Source of the DNA: Candidatus Bathyarchaeota archaeon
GTDB taxonomy: Archaea; Thermoproteota; Bathyarchaeia; 40CM-2-53-6
DNA length: 64,000 bases
Direction of reading: 5' to 3'
Assembly (NCBI GenBank): GCA_963833125.1
Contig: CAWHWX010000001.1
Span: 160,001-224,000, forward strand
Of the stretch, positions 22,872-34,531 are shown piece by piece. The notes beneath the pieces are model-generated. The model made no database searches. It saw only the letters and a list, made by a program, of their open reading frames with translations, and was not told the DNA's origin. Position 1 is the stretch's first letter; each line of letters begins with the position of its first letter. The translations under genes were made by a program, and so were the position numbers.

Positions 22872-25800
22872 TTGGTCAGTGTGAACGAGCTTAGACGAGA
22901 AGAGTACCTGAAGGTAGCTGTCATTCTAGGGATAACGATACTCCTTGTCTACGGTGACGTTGCTTTCATGGGATACACTCTGTCTCAGGCAGTGGACAAT
23001 GAAGGTGTGCTCGTTGGCACTCAGTATGGCTACACTGGACGACGTCCAAATTTCATCACAGTTCTGGACCCACTTTCGACTGGCGCTCAAATAGAACCAG
23101 CTCTTCAGTTAATTGTTCAGAGAATTTACTCCGGGCACCTTCCCCTGTGGAATCCGTATCAGGGAACTGGAGTTCCTCTTGCTGGCGACCCCACTTGGAG
23201 CACATATTTCCCAACAAACCTACTTTACGTCATACCAAACAATTACTGGGATTACGTGGAGCTTCTCAAACTTTGGGTCGCAGCCATGTTCTCCTACTTA
23301 CTCTTGAAACGATTCGGTCTAAGCAAAGCCGTGTGCATGGGCGGAGCGTTTGCGTACTCTCTTTCAGGAGCCTTGGTCGTGAACCCATTTGTCCCCTGGA
23401 CTGACATTGCCATTATGACCCCAGCCGTATTGCTTGTAGTTAAGAGATGTATCGATAACACATGTCGTCAGTCAATAGCTCTGGCGAGTGTCGTCGTCTC
23501 AATTACGATATTGGGTGCGCACATAGAAACGCTGGTTATCGAGTTTCTCCTTGTCGGCTGGTTCGCAATCTTCGAGATAATTACAAGGAAAGCTGGGCGA
23601 ATAAAGAGCCTCTTCAGGTTGCTTTCTAGCGTAGTCTTGGGTTTCGGAGTCGCTGCATTCTTCCTATTTCCTGTCTTCGAATACTTGCTGGGTTCCGCTT
23701 TTGCACACGGCGCAGGCGTCGGGTTGCAATCTCTCTCAACAAGAGGATTACCCTATACAGATCTGAATCCAGCGTTTTACTGGATAACCCTCTTTGTGCC
23801 ATACTTTTACGGATTCTTCCAGACTTATCCTTACGCTGGCCTTAGGCACGTTTTCTTTTGGGACCTTTTCCCGGGGTACGTTGGCACTACGATTTTCTTT
23901 CTTTCACTCTTGCCTTTGTTCTTGGGAAGTTTTCGTGACCCCAGATTGAAGTACTACTGGTTCTTTTTGACCAGCGAAATATTGATCCTCATGAAAAACT
24001 TTGGCGTTCCACCAATTAATTGGATTGGATATCTCCCTGTCATGACCTTCGTAAACTGGCGCTATTCAGGTTCGGTCTTGGCACTGTCTTTCGCTGGAGC
24101 TGCCGCATTTGGGCTGGAAAGCGGCGAAGAATTTCAAAGTGGAGAGCATTAGGGGCCGTTTTCGCCGTTGCTATCATGATTATAGCAGGATTATGGGCGA
24201 GTCTATCAACCTCGGTAGTGTCACTGTCCTACTACCTTCCAGCATCGCTTGGGTATCTGATTTTCAGCCTAGGAGCCCTTGGGCTATGTGGTATCGTAGC
24301 ATCGAAAGGGGGGAGCATGGCGCCTAAGATCCTTGTAGTATTCATTGTCTTAGAACTAACAGCTTACATCCCTCGATCTCTCGCCCCAGAGTATGAAGCA
24401 GGCAGAATAGCAGTACTCTCGGTCGCAGGCCTCATAACTACTGCCATAGCTGTTTGGCCCAGAGAAAACTCGGAGCGAATTGGTTGGCCGTTTTCTTTCC
24501 GGTTTCCAAATCGGAAGCATATGTTAGCCATGCTCATCATTGCTGCAATGATCTTACAGTTTGCCATTGCGAGCGCGTCACCCGTAGGAATACCAAAGCG
24601 TTATGACGCTTTCACTGCTGCGCCATATGTCAGGTTCTTACAGGCCAACACGGGATTTCAAAGGGTTTTCTCTACCGACGGTCTATTTCTTGCTCCGGTC
24701 GCAGGCATATTTTCAGTGCAGGATCTGGGTGAATTCTCCTCATTCATGCCTTCCTCATTTGAGGCGTTCACCATTATGAACCTCGACCCAGGCCTTGTAT
24801 CAACCGTATTCCTTGGTAACGGATTTTATCGTCACGGCGACGTAGATATTGGAAACGAAATCCATAACAACCTAGCATTTTACAGCCTACTCGGAGTAAA
24901 ATACTTCGTCACAAGCGGCACTGATCCCGGCTTGGTATACGAGATACTCCTTCAACCAGAAACCGAAGGAAATTTCAGATGGATCCCTATTGGCAACAAC
25001 TCCATCTCGACAGAGTTTCTGACCGACAGGTCATTTGATGGTCTGGTCTTACGCGTCGGGACCTATGGTCGAATAAACCAAGGCGATCTCTTACTCACGC
25101 TCGATTCTATCTCAACCAACGTAACAGTGCATAGAGTTGCTCGCCTACCAGCAGAATCGATATCAAACGATGGTTGGAGAAATGAGTTTACGTTTCCTAA
25201 TGTTGAGGTGGCTAGCCCGACTGAATTCCGAGTCAATGTGACACAATCTGATACCGAGCTGGGAAATGCCCTTGCCGTAATGTGGTATCCCCAAGCAAAG
25301 CAGGATCCGGACTTGTCGATTGAGAATCGTTCACTCAATCTCGCGATGGGACTAATCCAACGAGACGAAACACTACCCATCGTGTACCGTGATCAGAATG
25401 CAACCATCTACCAGAATCTCAGAATGTTCCCGCGAACATTTTTGGTCAATCGGATAATTACGGCAAATAGTCCGGAGGACGCACTGAACAAAACAAGGGA
25501 AATCGGTTGGGAAACTCGCGACTCACTGGTGATCGAGGGGGCTCCAGAAGAACTCGGCCTATTGAAGACCGCACCGAACGCTTCCGGTGGCGCTGAGATT
25601 GAACTATATTCCCCTGAGGAAGTAGACCTGCGAGTTACGACCGCTAATCCTTCCTTTCTGGTACTCACCGACACTTTCTATCCAGGCTGGAACGCATATG
25701 TTGATGATAAACCCGTGAATACTTACCGGGCATATGGGTTGGTGAGGGCCGTTTTCGTCAATGCGGGCAGCCACCAAGTTTCGTTCAAATATGAATCCGA

Positions 25801-25945
25801 TTCATTCAAAATTGGTGTCTACATTTCGATTATCTCTGCGGCCACCCTCGTAATACTGTTGTTGCCATGCGTGCAGTTACCAAGAAAGTTGATCAGGTCA
25901 TCCAACCCTAGGAATCGGTTCGCACGTATGAAAAGCCCCGCCTAG
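22872..25945 (+). CDS. YfhO-family membrane glycosyltransferase; frameshift near 24120
   Basis: GHLPLWNPYQGTGVPLAGD, AYSLSG; C-terminal IYQNLRMFPR, FLVLTDTFYPGWNAYVD, RAYGLVRAV, GSHQVSFKY. Confidence 0.85.
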
Positions 25946-25970
25946 CGTATTCGTGCCTGGCTTTTCCCCT

Positions 25971-26045
25971 TATTCTTCGACCTTTCTCCTTGAATAGAGA
26001 CTTATCCGACCAAGGTCCATTACTGCTGCGCCCCCCTCTACTACG
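25971..26045 (-). pseudogene. Stub of the 3' end of a paralogue of the Tat protein at 31602..32577
   Basis: tattcttcgacctttctccttgaatagagac matches 31613-31642 with one indel; translates VVEGGAAVMDLGRISLYSRR versus LVELGGVAALGLGLIGLYSRR. Confidence 0.7.
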
Positions 26046-26088
26046 TTGACGCATTCTTCCTAGACGATTAAATTGGCAGCCCGCGGTA

Positions 26089-28137
26089 TCAATTCAACAA
26101 GGAGACCCACCTGATCCACGTAAACCTGAAGTTGGACTTGTCATTTGAATAGGCCTTCGTCGGGTAGTTGCGTACTGTGCTTCGGATTGTACTGCCTGGG
26201 AGCATGTTGCCGGTTGACGGCTGCCAACTTGGTTGAGTTTGATTAGAAAAATATGAATTGGCGAAAGCCTCCTGATCAGTCTGTGATGTGGGAACTTCAA
26301 CAAACGTCACTTGAATGTGAGAATCGAAGGCGTATGCCCCCGGTGTGATGAAGGAGATTTCACGGATTTGCTTGATTACGCCCCCGAAGAGATCATTGGG
26401 AACAGCCGAGACTACCAGGCCGTCCATTCCGTTCTCAAACACAAAACGGTACGTTCCGGTTGATCCGTCTGAAAAGTTTAGCTGCACAAAGACTGGGGGA
26501 GCTTTGTATAGCAAATTTCTGATAGTCCCAATGAGATTGTATTGTATTTGCACTTGAGCGAACACATAGCCACTGTAATTTGCCGGGACGGTAACGGTAC
26601 GGCCGAAAGTCGACTCGACATCCTCGATAACCACCGGTGACCCGCAGTAATTCTCCCCCCTGCGCAGAACCATGAACGTTTCATCAAATCCGGATACTTG
26701 GTAATGACACATTAAGACTCGAATGGTCAACGGTTCATCAAAGAGAGGATACCGACCATCAATTGAAGCAGGCTCATACAGTACGAATTCGGGAGCGTTG
26801 GAATCAAGGAAGTGGCGAGAGTTCAGATTATCAAGATAGGATGTGTACGCCGAGTAGCTTTGGAATACAGGTCTAGGATCCCACGTCATCCCATAAGCGA
26901 GGAGCATTGCCACATCCCAAGGAAATACGTCTACGCTGTTATTAGAAAGAAGCTTGATGGTGTTATTGGAAAGCGGGTACTGACTTCTAACGTAAAGGAG
27001 ACTCGACGAGAACATGCGTGATGAAACGCTTGGGTTGGACATTAACGCAATTGTGTCTGTGAAGTTTGTCGGTGAGTATCTACCCCCTATGATGAAGTTT
27101 CCGGGGTAAATGGCCATACCTTGACAGACCAACAGCAGAACCAACATGAGAATGCAACCATTCCTAATGACTTTATTTCGTTCCTTTATCTGAGCCAACC
27201 CGAAGAATAGCGCCGATGCTCCGAAGAAAACAATTACATGACTTCCGTCCTGTCTAACGAACCCTTCTTTGAACGCAAAGAAGAGAAAGCCAAGCGAAAG
27301 GATCACGACGGGAGAAAAATTCTTGGTTCTCACTTCGCGAATGAAATGAAGCATGAATACCACACCTGCTATTATTCCAATGTAAACCTCCCATAGCGGT
27401 CCGTCTAGTGACATAGCTGGACCAAAGCCGATCGCTACCTGATACGAGCCAACTACAAAGGAGGCCAAAGTCTCAAAGCTCTTAGTTAACACAATTCCAG
27501 CGAGAATGAAAACTGAAGTCCATGCAAAAAGCGACAGAAGAGCGAGCCGATGGTGTCCTTTGAAGTATAGAAATCCAGTCCCAAGAATCATGGTTGCAAA
27601 TACCGCAAGGCCGATATCGAGTTTGAAAAATGGTGTCGTCGCGGCGAAAGCCGAAAGTAAAGGAAAATAGGAGTAACGTTCTTCCACGATCAAGTAGATT
27701 GCAATCAGTAAGAATACGGCTGCAAGTACGTAGGATTCCTGTAGTACCGATTCGATGATAGTTCCCGAAAACGCAAAAATCACTGCATTGAAGAGGTGAT
27801 GTTCGCTCTTCAACACGAGGAACAGAAGAACCAAGTAAAACAACGTATGAATTAGGATTCGAAAAGCGACCGCCTCAATCCAAAACATTGGGTTAAGTCC
27901 GATCGGAAAAAACAAGTAGCCAAGCGGACCATTGGTGAATAATATGTCTCTGCCAAAGATTAATCCACTCGCCGCTGCCATATGCAGTGCCTGAATCCAA
28001 GACGAATCCAGGCCGGCCGCTGCCCTCCAGAATGGAGGGGGAAAGGTCGCTGCCCATGCGACCAAGAAGCACAATCCTACAACAAGGTCAGATATCCGCA
28101 CTTTTCTTGTTACTGATGAATTAATTCTTGATTCCAA
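26089..28137 (-). CDS. Polytopic membrane protein, putative GT-C-fold glycosyltransferase (copy 1)
   Basis: GLDSSW, FGRDILFTNGPLG, FKEGFVRQD..H, DVFPWD, PRPVFQSYSAYT, IDGRYP; about 10 TM helices plus an extracellular domain. Confidence 0.75.
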   Translation of the reverse strand: MESRINSSVTRKVRISDLVVGLCFLVAWAATFPPPFWRAAAGLDSSWIQALHMAAASGLIFGRDILFTNGPLGYLFFPIGLNPMFWIEAVAFRILIHTLFYLVLLFLVLKSEHHLFNAVIFAFSGTIIESVLQESYVLAAVFLLIAIYLIVEERYSYFPLLSAFAATTPFFKLDIGLAVFATMILGTGFLYFKGHHRLALLSLFAWTSVFILAGIVLTKSFETLASFVVGSYQVAIGFGPAMSLDGPLWEVYIGIIAGVVFMLHFIREVRTKNFSPVVILSLGFLFFAFKEGFVRQDGSHVIVFFGASALFFGLAQIKERNKVIRNGCILMLVLLLVCQGMAIYPGNFIIGGRYSPTNFTDTIALMSNPSVSSRMFSSSLLYVRSQYPLSNNTIKLLSNNSVDVFPWDVAMLLAYGMTWDPRPVFQSYSAYTSYLDNLNSRHFLDSNAPEFVLYEPASIDGRYPLFDEPLTIRVLMCHYQVSGFDETFMVLRRGENYCGSPVVIEDVESTFGRTVTVPANYSGYVFAQVQIQYNLIGTIRNLLYKAPPVFVQLNFSDGSTGTYRFVFENGMDGLVVSAVPNDLFGGVIKQIREISFITPGAYAFDSHIQVTFVEVPTSQTDQEAFANSYFSNQTQPSWQPSTGNMLPGSTIRSTVRNYPTKAYSNDKSNFRFTWIRWVSLLN

Positions 28138-28766
28138 ATCGTGTCACGCTGCGAGTGCCTAACACGATCCTATCGCGAAACACTTCGAAAATAGACGCTG
28201 TCGAGAAAACATCGATCGTCTGCGAATGAGTAACCAGCCCAAGATCAGATCTCGATTAATCAGGAACGCCTCCTAGACCTGAGTACAGTGTACTTTGAGA
28301 TGGGGCAAAGTGGTCTCCGTTATCATTGAGTTTGGGATTGCGATGGCCGATGACAAAGCGATCACTACAACTAAAATGGCGGCAATGCCGTTGTGCATAA
28401 CACCGGTCTGGTTGTCTGTGGACAAAAACCTTGTGAAGATTTCAATGAACGAAAGAAGTTGCAGATTCGGTTGAGGTTTCGTGTGTGCAGAGGAGGTGGT
28501 TGGTTATGGGATACCTCTCAAAAAGACGGAATATGTCGTTTCTGGGTGTGTGCGCACCGGGTAGCGGAGCGAACGGAAGAAATTGAACAAGTCGCCCCTC
28601 TAGGCTTCGGTTCATTCGTAACCTTTCCGAATAATGCACAATTGGTTTTAGGGCGAAGAAGATCTTAGGTATCCCATCACGATTTTAGAACACCATTGAG
28701 TTAGATGATTCGAAGCGGAAAAGCGGATAGGCCTTGATAATCGTGCACGCATCATTAGAGTCCAGA

Positions 28767-30440
28767 CTACTCGTACACATCTAGGAACAGCTTAGTGGTT
28801 GCGACATAATTTTCTCCTTCTTGGGTCAAGATCAGGAATGACACTACGTGCCATCCAACTGATAGGCCCGACAACGTTATTGTTCCTACCCATCCTGAAT
28901 CGTCCCATCCTTGTGGAGCTGTTCCTCCCCAGAGCCAGTTTAAGTGAAAAGATGTCGGGAAGGCTTGAACGCCATCCACCACCACGAAAACGTTTACAGG
29001 GTCAGTCACACCCACGGTCCATCCTCTTAGGAAGACAAAAGTTGTGTTAGCCTTGTTGACCGATAGGTCTGGATATTTAATGTCCAAAGGCGTGGCGCTT
29101 GGGTAGGCTAGGGCGATGTCGAGGACTATTGAACCTGTTTGGTAAGTTGTTGCCGGACTAATGCTCGATTCAATCTCTACTGGAGAGGCAGGAATAGGAC
29201 AGAACCACCCTCCTGCACCTTGATAGCCAGCGAACGGTGGAATCGGAGCGTAGATGAACGACCCCCCATTTGGATCATAGAATTTGGCATACGATTGGAA
29301 CTTAAAGTCGGAGGATGGCGGTATCATGTAGTGAACCATGAAATTTGTTCCCACTATGACGAGAAGAAGGACTGCGAACACTTGTGCTCTCTTTCTCTTA
29401 AGAGATTGGAAGCTAGCCACGGTCAATATTAGCAAGAGAGCCGAAGGAAAGAAGTAGTAACGACCCGCATTCGCTATGGTTCGAAAGACACCCGTTGCTA
29501 AGATAAAAGCTCCGGGGAGAACCATAAGCCAGCCACGAACGTTTCTGCCTATCGGAGTTCGGACAAAAGAATAGGTTATCGCACTGAAAGCCAGGACGAA
29601 TATCGTGGCAATGTAAAGTACAGTGCCAGCAGGAATGTAGGTCGAGTTTTCATATACCATATTCGTCATGATTGCAGTTGACAGATGAAACGCAGAAACC
29701 AAATCATCACTGTTGCCTTCCAAGAACCGAGAGGCTAACGCAAACACTAGGAACTGAATCAAAGACCCCATAATCGGAATCGCAACCAGGACTGTAAAAC
29801 GTCTCGATTTAGCAGCGCGTGATCGCTTCAACGCAACATGAATGAGAATTGGCAATAGCAAGAACCCTATAGCAGTGCTGAGATTGGAAATTGTTGCAAT
29901 GCCGGATTCCAGGATCGAAGAGGCGCGTTGGCGCGTTTCAACTATATCGAAATTTTGCCATTGATCCAAAGCCCAGAGCGTAAGGTAGAACCCTAGAAAC
30001 CATTGGATATTGGTGATGTTCATGATGATTTCTCCGTTGCTGGGGATGCACGCGATTAGTATGCAGAGCATGTATCGAATCCAATCGTTTGAAATGAGAA
30101 ACCTGAATCTTACCCAAGCGAGATAAGAGATGCAAAATGCGCTGATTACAAGACTGGACAAATCCATCAGAAGCGGCGCAGCGGACATCCCTGCCAAGAG
30201 TGACAGACCTGTGACGATTCTTGGAACAAAATGTAAGTATCCCGCAAATGGCGTCAGCAACGATCCCACGGGATCTTCGATCGCTTGATAGATGAAAATG
30301 GAGCCGTCTTCTGCATACGGCTGTGGGTTGAGAATTTTATCGGGACGTCTTGCATATATAACGAAACATACGATGATGAAGACAAGCAGTGAACGATTTC
30401 GCGAATTCAGGCTAAATTGTTTCCAGGCTTGGGGGAACAA
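28767..30440 (-). CDS. GT-C-like membrane protein (PQ.(W/Y)AEDG family) with C-terminal Ig-like domain
   Basis: RRPDKILNPQPYAEDGSIF, AGYLHFVPR, NITNIQW, GRYYFFP; C-terminal LRGW...VVVDG...SGW...GWH. Confidence 0.7.
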   Translation of the reverse strand: MFPQAWKQFSLNSRNRSLLVFIIVCFVIYARRPDKILNPQPYAEDGSIFIYQAIEDPVGSLLTPFAGYLHFVPRIVTGLSLLAGMSAAPLLMDLSSLVISAFCISYLAWVRFRFLISNDWIRYMLCILIACIPSNGEIIMNITNIQWFLGFYLTLWALDQWQNFDIVETRQRASSILESGIATISNLSTAIGFLLLPILIHVALKRSRAAKSRRFTVLVAIPIMGSLIQFLVFALASRFLEGNSDDLVSAFHLSTAIMTNMVYENSTYIPAGTVLYIATIFVLAFSAITYSFVRTPIGRNVRGWLMVLPGAFILATGVFRTIANAGRYYFFPSALLLILTVASFQSLKRKRAQVFAVLLLVIVGTNFMVHYMIPPSSDFKFQSYAKFYDPNGGSFIYAPIPPFAGYQGAGGWFCPIPASPVEIESSISPATTYQTGSIVLDIALAYPSATPLDIKYPDLSVNKANTTFVFLRGWTVGVTDPVNVFVVVDGVQAFPTSFHLNWLWGGTAPQGWDDSGWVGTITLSGLSVGWHVVSFLILTQEGENYVATTKLFLDVYE

Positions 30441-30629
30441 AACCCTGGCCCTGGAATATGGCTGTAATCCACTTCCTCATATATGTGTAACCGTGCGGAC
30501 ACAGCGCCAGGTAACGTGAAGTTGTCGGCTGAAACATTGGCTTTGGAAAATCGGGTGATGACGCAAAATACGCCGCCGACGGTTTGCCAACGGTTATTTA
30601 CCGAATGAAATATTGGTTAATCGGTAATT

Positions 30630-31400
30630 ATGTCTGACCCGCAGAGTTCGCTATTGGAGCTATATCGCAACAGAAAGATTTTACAGGACTTGTATCCCGA
30701 AGCCGCTAGAGGTGATCTGCTCGGATTGACTGAATACGTGACCGGATTCTTGGAGTTTGCTCCAGAGATTGAGAAGAATGACCCTGAGATGGGCTCGCTC
30801 AAGAAGTGGATTGGTCAGTACAAGGAATTCATCGGAGCACCTCCGCCCGCGATGGCTAACGGAATGACACATACCCTCACGAGGCACGAGATGACCTCGG
30901 ACATTGCTGCTCATCTCCCAACGCTCTTCATTTTAACAAAGGAACTGAGACTCGACAGAGTTCTCGAACTTGGAGTTGACATTGGAAACTCAACGATCGC
31001 ACTGTTGGAAGCAGTGTCCCAGATTAACGGCCACCTATGGAGTATCGATAATCGCTCCTGTGAAGAAGCGGGAGCGCTAGTGCGCAAGTGTGGCTTGGAT
31101 TCCTATTGGACTTTCATCCAAGGAAACGACCTTGCCGTTGAATGGAAAGAACCAATTGACCATCTATTGATAGACAGCCACCACATCTACCCACAGACGC
31201 TAGCAGAATTGAAGAAGTTCGAGCCATTCGTGTCGCCGAATGGCCTAATCAGCCTTCATGACTCATTCAGCTTCCCAGGAGTAAACCGCGCAGTTCGCAA
31301 GTACTTTGAAGGAAGAAAAGACATCACCATGTACGAGTACAGGAACAGTCATGGACTTCTCCTCCTGAGAAAAACAAATCATCCCCCTCTTTCCCTCTGA
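30630..31400 (+). CDS. Class I SAM-dependent methyltransferase (Methyltransf_24-like) with N-terminal helical module
   Basis: VLELGVDIGNST, WSID, IDHLLIDSHH, NGLISLHDS; N-terminal LLELYRNRKILQDLYPEAARGDL. Confidence 0.85.
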   Translation: MSDPQSSLLELYRNRKILQDLYPEAARGDLLGLTEYVTGFLEFAPEIEKNDPEMGSLKKWIGQYKEFIGAPPPAMANGMTHTLTRHEMTSDIAAHLPTLFILTKELRLDRVLELGVDIGNSTIALLEAVSQINGHLWSIDNRSCEEAGALVRKCGLDSYWTFIQGNDLAVEWKEPIDHLLIDSHHIYPQTLAELKKFEPFVSPNGLISLHDSFSFPGVNRAVRKYFEGRKDITMYEYRNSHGLLLLRKTNHPPLSL

Positions 31401-31601
31401 GCAAAACAGAGATCTGTGAAGCCTAGATGACGTCTTCTCTCCATCACACGAGAAATGTGACTACCCTCCCTCAACCGCTTATCACAGAGTAAGCTATCAC
31501 CCCACAACTTCGTTACTCATCTACATGTATCCCAGGCTATCATGAATCGCTCTTGGTTCATTTCGTAAAGATCCTCTCTCATTCTGCAGAGATTCAATCT
31601 A

Positions 31602-32577
31602 CTAGTCGTCCCTATTCTTCGACCTTCTCCTTGAATAGAGACCAATCAGGCCAAGGCCTAGCGCTGCTACGCCACCCAGCTCCACTAGCTCAGTGAAATC
31701 GAAGGGCTTGGTCGCAAAGGGTTGAGAACTTGTAATGGAGGTGATTGAGGTTTGTTGCTGGAGATAGACATTCGCCCAGCCGCCAGGCCACCAAAATATA
31801 TTGTCTGGAGGTGCAAAATCATTGGCGGGAAAAGACGCCCAGAATTGGGTACCGCCATTATCGTGTGATACTATTTGGTTGTCAACTACAACAATGCACA
31901 ATCTAAAGGGGTTATGCATTTCAAGCCTATTTCTGGAAGCTAGGAATTCGTAGTAAGGATGGGGTTGCGGGATTGTCGGGCTGCTAATTATTGAAAATGC
32001 GGAATCTCCGAATGATTTGTCAGTTACATGGGTACCCGGAGGAGTTGACCATCCTTTGGTTTGATCGCCAAGCCCAGTTTGATAGTATAGTTCGTGATAT
32101 GGTTCTGAGATCTCAGAGGGTTTTACGTCGAATAAATAGTCATCACCGTGAGGGACCATCCAACCCTCGTCTTTCGTGTCTAGAAGAAGCAAGAGTTCGT
32201 TGGGGTTGAATGCTCTATTTCCTGAATCGTCCGGAGAGGGGAGGTATTCAACGTAACCGTAGATGTAATTCTGGTCACACTTGAGACCGGCAAATGCGTA
32301 GCCAGTCTTTCCGCTAAACAGGTAAGTACCACCCAGCGCGTTTCACTAAATCAATTCTTGTCGAATCGTTCCAAACGTCATGCCACTGTCCGTCCATAGG
32401 AATGTTCAGCGGCTCATTTGAGATTGGGACGTATATCGAAGGAACAGTAGACCTTGGGAGCATGTTTGCCAAGACCTTTGGGAAGAGTTTCTCTATCCTA
32501 GTCGGTTTCAGGGCATAGCCGAAGCCTGTTGCAGCGAATAGGCTCCCTGAAAGCTTTAGGAAGGCTCTTCGATTCAT
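31602..32577 (-). CDS. Tat-exported, C-terminally anchored protein with possible CBM9/DOMON-like domain; frameshift near 32335
   Basis: MNRRAFLK twin-arginine signal. Removing one G of GGG joins to ...GYAFAGLKCDQNYIYGYVEY...LLLLDT; C-terminal TM helix followed by RRR. Confidence 0.7.
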
Positions 32578-32739
32578 CTGTTACCATTCAAATATTCAAT
32601 TGTGTGCTCTTATCAAGCTGTTCGATGGTAGCGTATATCTACCAGTAGAATGTTGCTAAATCGTAGTCTCTCTGAAACTCAACTGAGCAGTATCATCAGA
32701 TTTTGGAAGATCCGCGTCCAACTTCGGTAGAGCAATACA

Positions 32740-34495
32740 TTAGGTAGATGTCTGCTTTAGCGCGGCGAAATCTAGTGTGTAAAGCTTGTCTTCCGATTCA
32801 AGGGACAAGTTAGTATTATAGAATGGATCCCATCTCAATAGTTTTTCCCATTTCTTTGTGAAATATTCGTAGTCACTTAGGGGAAATGTCCGTCGGGTTG
32901 AGCCCTCGAGATGATAAAGCGCAGAGTATGGAGTGTAAACCGTAAGATATCCCAATTCATACGCTCTAATACACAAGTCCACGTCGTTACCTCCAACCGT
33001 CAAGTTCACATCGAACCCTTTCAGACGGTCGAAAAGTTGACGCTTGATCATCATACATGCAGCAGTTACGGCTATGCAGTTTCTAATGACATGGGCAAAT
33101 CCAAAATAGGTAGAATGCGAGTCGGGAGTTCCGCGAAATGGATGACCGGCCGAACCCCCACAACCAAGGATTACACCTGCGTGCTGAATTCGCATGTCTT
33201 TGTACAGAAGTTTGGCTCCTACGATTCCCACCTCCGCACGGTTCTCCAGGATACTGACCATCTCCTCCAACCATCCGGATTCTATCACTTCAGTGTCGTC
33301 GTTGAGAAATAGTAGGTAGTTTCCGTTTGCGCGTTCAGATGCAAAGTTGTTTATCTTTGCGAAATTGAACTCTTCGTCATATCTGATGACTTTACATGCC
33401 AAAGATCGTAGATATTCCATAGTTTTCCTTTTCTCGCTGCGGTGGTCGACAACGATTATTTCGTAGTTCTTGTAGCTCGTCCTCGTCTCAATGCTTTCTA
33501 AACACGTTTTCAGTAGGTCTGGTCTGTCGTGCGTGACAATGATGATGGAGATCAATGGGCAGTTCGCAAGTTTGTATCGAGTCCGATACCATTGATTGTA
33601 TCCGTCTAAGACCTCTGCCTCAATACCTCGTCGGTACATGGCTTCCTTCAGCGCCTTCTTCGCAGCATCTCTAGCAAATGGTTTTGCTGCAAGAGAGGAG
33701 GCGGTAGATTCACTCGTTCTGCGCCAGCTGTAAACCGGCTTCGCCACATGGCCGATCCTGTTAGATCTTTCTGTCACTCGCAGGGCCAGGTCGTAATCTT
33801 GTGCTCCGTCAAAGCCCTTGCGAACGCTCCCGACTGCCAAAAGAACATCTTTTCGGTAAACTACGAAGTGCGGGACATAGTTCATCGAGAGAAGTAGATC
33901 TGGAGACCAATCGGGTTTGAAGAATGGATCAACTCGGTGCCCATGCTCGTTGAGTATGTCTTCGTCTGTGTAGATGAAATCTAATTCAGGTCGAACATTC
34001 AGTGCCCTTGCAACTTCGAACAAAGCGTCCTCCGCAAGCTTGTCATCGTGATCTAGGAATCCAACAAATTGACCATTTGCCAGGGAGAGCGCTTGAGCAG
34101 TGGCTCCGGCGATTCCTTCATGCGTCTTCAGAAAAGTGGCTTTGATGCGATTATCTTGGCGGGCATAATCTTGAATGGTCTCTCTCAAGAGGTTCCGCTG
34201 ATAAGTCGTCTGCAATGCATAATTCCCAATTTGGGTAGATCTGTGCTCTTACTGACTCGATCGCCTCTGTCAGCCACTTCGGATCAGGATTATAGACTGG
34301 CATTAGAACGCTAATCGTAGGTTTCAGCAGAAAGCGACCGATTTCCTGAGCGGCATCATTGCGCATACTCTCCGTGTAGGCGAAGCGCGAAATCCAATCG
34401 CTATACCTGCCCATCTTAGTTGCGTTCCGTGACCGCAATCGTGCATAGAGCCTGAAGGGTCCGGTGATTGCTTTTCTGGATTTTGCCCAGGTCAT
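32740..34495 (-). CDS. Double-domain GT2 glycosyltransferase (WsaE/RfbC-like); frameshift near 34200
   Basis: ISVLMPVYN, WELCIADD, FLDHDD, IYTDED, FFKPDWSPD, GAQDYDL; second domain LLFLNDDTE, VTAACM, NDVDLC. Confidence 0.9.
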
Positions 34496-34531
34496 AGACC
34501 CTCGTAGTCTCCGTACTTGACTTCGGGCATT

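Noticed and set aside
28270-28660. Hydrophobic minus-strand fragments suggesting another membrane glycosyltransferase remnant
   Set aside because: Too eroded to assign a frame or family.
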